Under the pieces are notes generated by a model. It saw only the letters and a list, made by a program, of their open reading frames with translations, did no database searches and was not told where the DNA came from. Shown piece after piece: positions 13,894-15,152 of a stretch of 15,152 nucleotides of DNA; the first letter of the stretch is position 1; every line of letters begins with the position of its first letter. The stretch is from Candidatus Nanohaloarchaea archaeon. Its GTDB lineage: Archaea > Nanohalarchaeota > Nanosalinia > Nanosalinales > Nanosalinaceae. The stretch lies in contig JBDGRK010000019.1 in the NCBI GenBank assembly GCA_042218075.1, forward strand, positions 5,689 to 20,840, given 5' to 3'. The translations under genes were made by a program, and so were the position numbers.

Positions 13894-14024
13894 ATTTTAT
13901 TATTGAGTGACAACATTTTTATTATATTTTGATGGCTCCAGTAGTTGAAAATTTAGAGAATTTGTAAAAATACAAACCAATCAAAATATAAAGTTAACCA
14001 TTTACTACGAAGATGTGATAACCT

Positions 14025-14534
14025 ATGGTGGAGGGTATTAGACCGGCTGAAGAAGGAGAATTTTCTCACTTATACACTGATAGATTCCCTGATGTCGATG
14101 AAGCACTTCAAGAAGGTATGGATCTTAGAGTGTTTCGATCAGGCGGAGGATTACGTGTAGCTAGACTTGAAGATGAAGAAGATGAATTACGAGGATACGG
14201 AGAACACTTCCATGTTTCTCCAGCATTAAATCTGGCAGGTAATAATTATCAGGGGGATCAAGAAATAACTGGAAATGTTTTGACAGGAAGTCAAGAAGCA
14301 GAAAATACTCTTGACTCCTTTATCCTGGGCGGAGGAAAGATTCATGCTTGGCTCGACGGAGAGGGAGTAAATGTGGAAGCCACGGATTATGATGGAGAAA
14401 CAGTTTACATAAGAGCAGTAGAAGATACATTTACAGATGCCTACCAAAGCCTGAATGCTGTAGAGGTACCATATGATACTAGAGAACTGGTTAGAGAAGG
14501 CAAAAGAGTCTTAGATAATGCTAGAGAACAGTAA
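14025..14534 (+). CDS. Hypothetical acidic protein
   Basis: 169-aa ORF with motif-like FRSGGGLRVARL and RGYGEH; AT-rich promoter region upstream. Confidence 0.75.
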   Translation: MVEGIRPAEEGEFSHLYTDRFPDVDEALQEGMDLRVFRSGGGLRVARLEDEEDELRGYGEHFHVSPALNLAGNNYQGDQEITGNVLTGSQEAENTLDSFILGGGKIHAWLDGEGVNVEATDYDGETVYIRAVEDTFTDAYQSLNAVEVPYDTRELVREGKRVLDNAREQ

Positions 14535-14536
14535 TA

Positions 14537-14824
14537 GTGCCAATTGAAAGGAACTTTATAGTAGAACATCAACTATCATTTATGAGAGACCAATTTGAGA
14601 ACTTAGTCAAAGCTGAGACAGAGGAAAAATCCCTAGAGGCTGAGAAATTCTTTCTGGACAAGACTAAGGAGGCTTTGGATAGTGACTTCAAAGCTACCGC
14701 TCTGGATGTAGCTGCTGATTTTGACGAGTTTCGACGCCGTGCTAGAGATGAAGAAGGTATGCCGTTCTACGCAGGGTTTTTTGCCACACTAAGCGATCTG
14801 ATCAAGAGAGATCATGAACGTTAG
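14537..14824 (+). CDS. Hypothetical helical protein
   Basis: 95 aa; GTG start 2 nt after the upstream stop; its stop overlaps the stop of the convergent gene. Confidence 0.6.
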   Translation: MPIERNFIVEHQLSFMRDQFENLVKAETEEKSLEAEKFFLDKTKEALDSDFKATALDVAADFDEFRRRARDEEGMPFYAGFFATLSDLIKRDHER

Positions 14825-15152
14825 GAAAAGTTTGCTTCTGCAACAGGTCTTGATAACGGATGCTCTCGTAGTGCCTGATTCTCGTTCCGTTTGAATTCTT
14901 TTCTGCTCTTCGCTATTAATTTTGCTTCCGAAGTAGATTCATCTGGGAAACTTATAGAGTTTCGAAGTCTATTCAGGTGATGATCTAACTCCAGATTCTT
15001 TCTGCCATGTATGTAGCCTTGTGCGTTATCCTTAATTGCAATCAATATTTCTCTCAAATCTTCATATCTCAGGGTTCTATGGGTGTATATATCCCACTGT
15101 GCTTTCATGTTGCTTACCCATCTTTCTACGGATGAAGGCTGAATTCCTGCTG
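14821..15152 (-). CDS. Hypothetical protein, probably 5'-truncated by the window edge
   Basis: The frame stays open upstream of ATG 15108 to the edge (AGIQPSSVERWVSN-MKAQW...), so the real start probably lies outside the window. Confidence 0.6.
   Translation of the reverse strand, partial: AGIQPSSVERWVSNMKAQWDIYTHRTLRYEDLREILIAIKDNAQGYIHGRKNLELDHHLNRLRNSISFPDESTSEAKLIAKSRKEFKRNENQALREHPLSRPVAEANFS

Noticed and set aside
15109-15152. AGIQPSSVERWV as an HTH recognition helix
   Set aside because: Only 14 residues are visible at the window edge, which is too little to call.
1-15152. CRISPR array, transposase, rRNA or a recognisable defence system
   Set aside because: No regularly spaced direct repeats or diagnostic motifs were seen.

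Overview
Archaeal chromosomal window with a strongly acidic predicted proteome. Class I LysRS, Dph2, uL16/L10e, CTP-dependent riboflavin kinase and an intron-containing tRNA point to a halophilic archaeon; the compact layout suggests a nanohaloarchaeon/DPANN (inference). Housekeeping backbone: lysS (runs off the left edge, missed by the ORF track), M50 site-2 protease, 2Fe-2S ferredoxin, YdjM-like hydrolase, rfk, Fe/Mn SOD, tRNA-Asp(GTC) with a 27-nt intron, an FAD/NAD(P)H oxidoreductase, dph2 and rpl10e. AT-richer orphan genes are interspersed: a 685-aa protein with about six winged-helix domains, a minimal kinase-fold protein and four hypotheticals at the right end. Most notable observations: (1) an attenuator-like leader before rpl10e, with a 16-codon uORF crossing four alternately pairing GAAAATC/GATTTTC segments, one pairing of which hides the rpl10e Shine-Dalgarno (SD); (2) an intact but apparently catalytically dead PEP-synthase homolog between rpl10e and dph2; (3) unannotated micro-proteins, including two convergent Cys-rich ones whose stop codons overlap in one palindrome. 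No CRISPR array, integrase or transposase was seen. All family assignments come from motif recognition by eye, not database searches.
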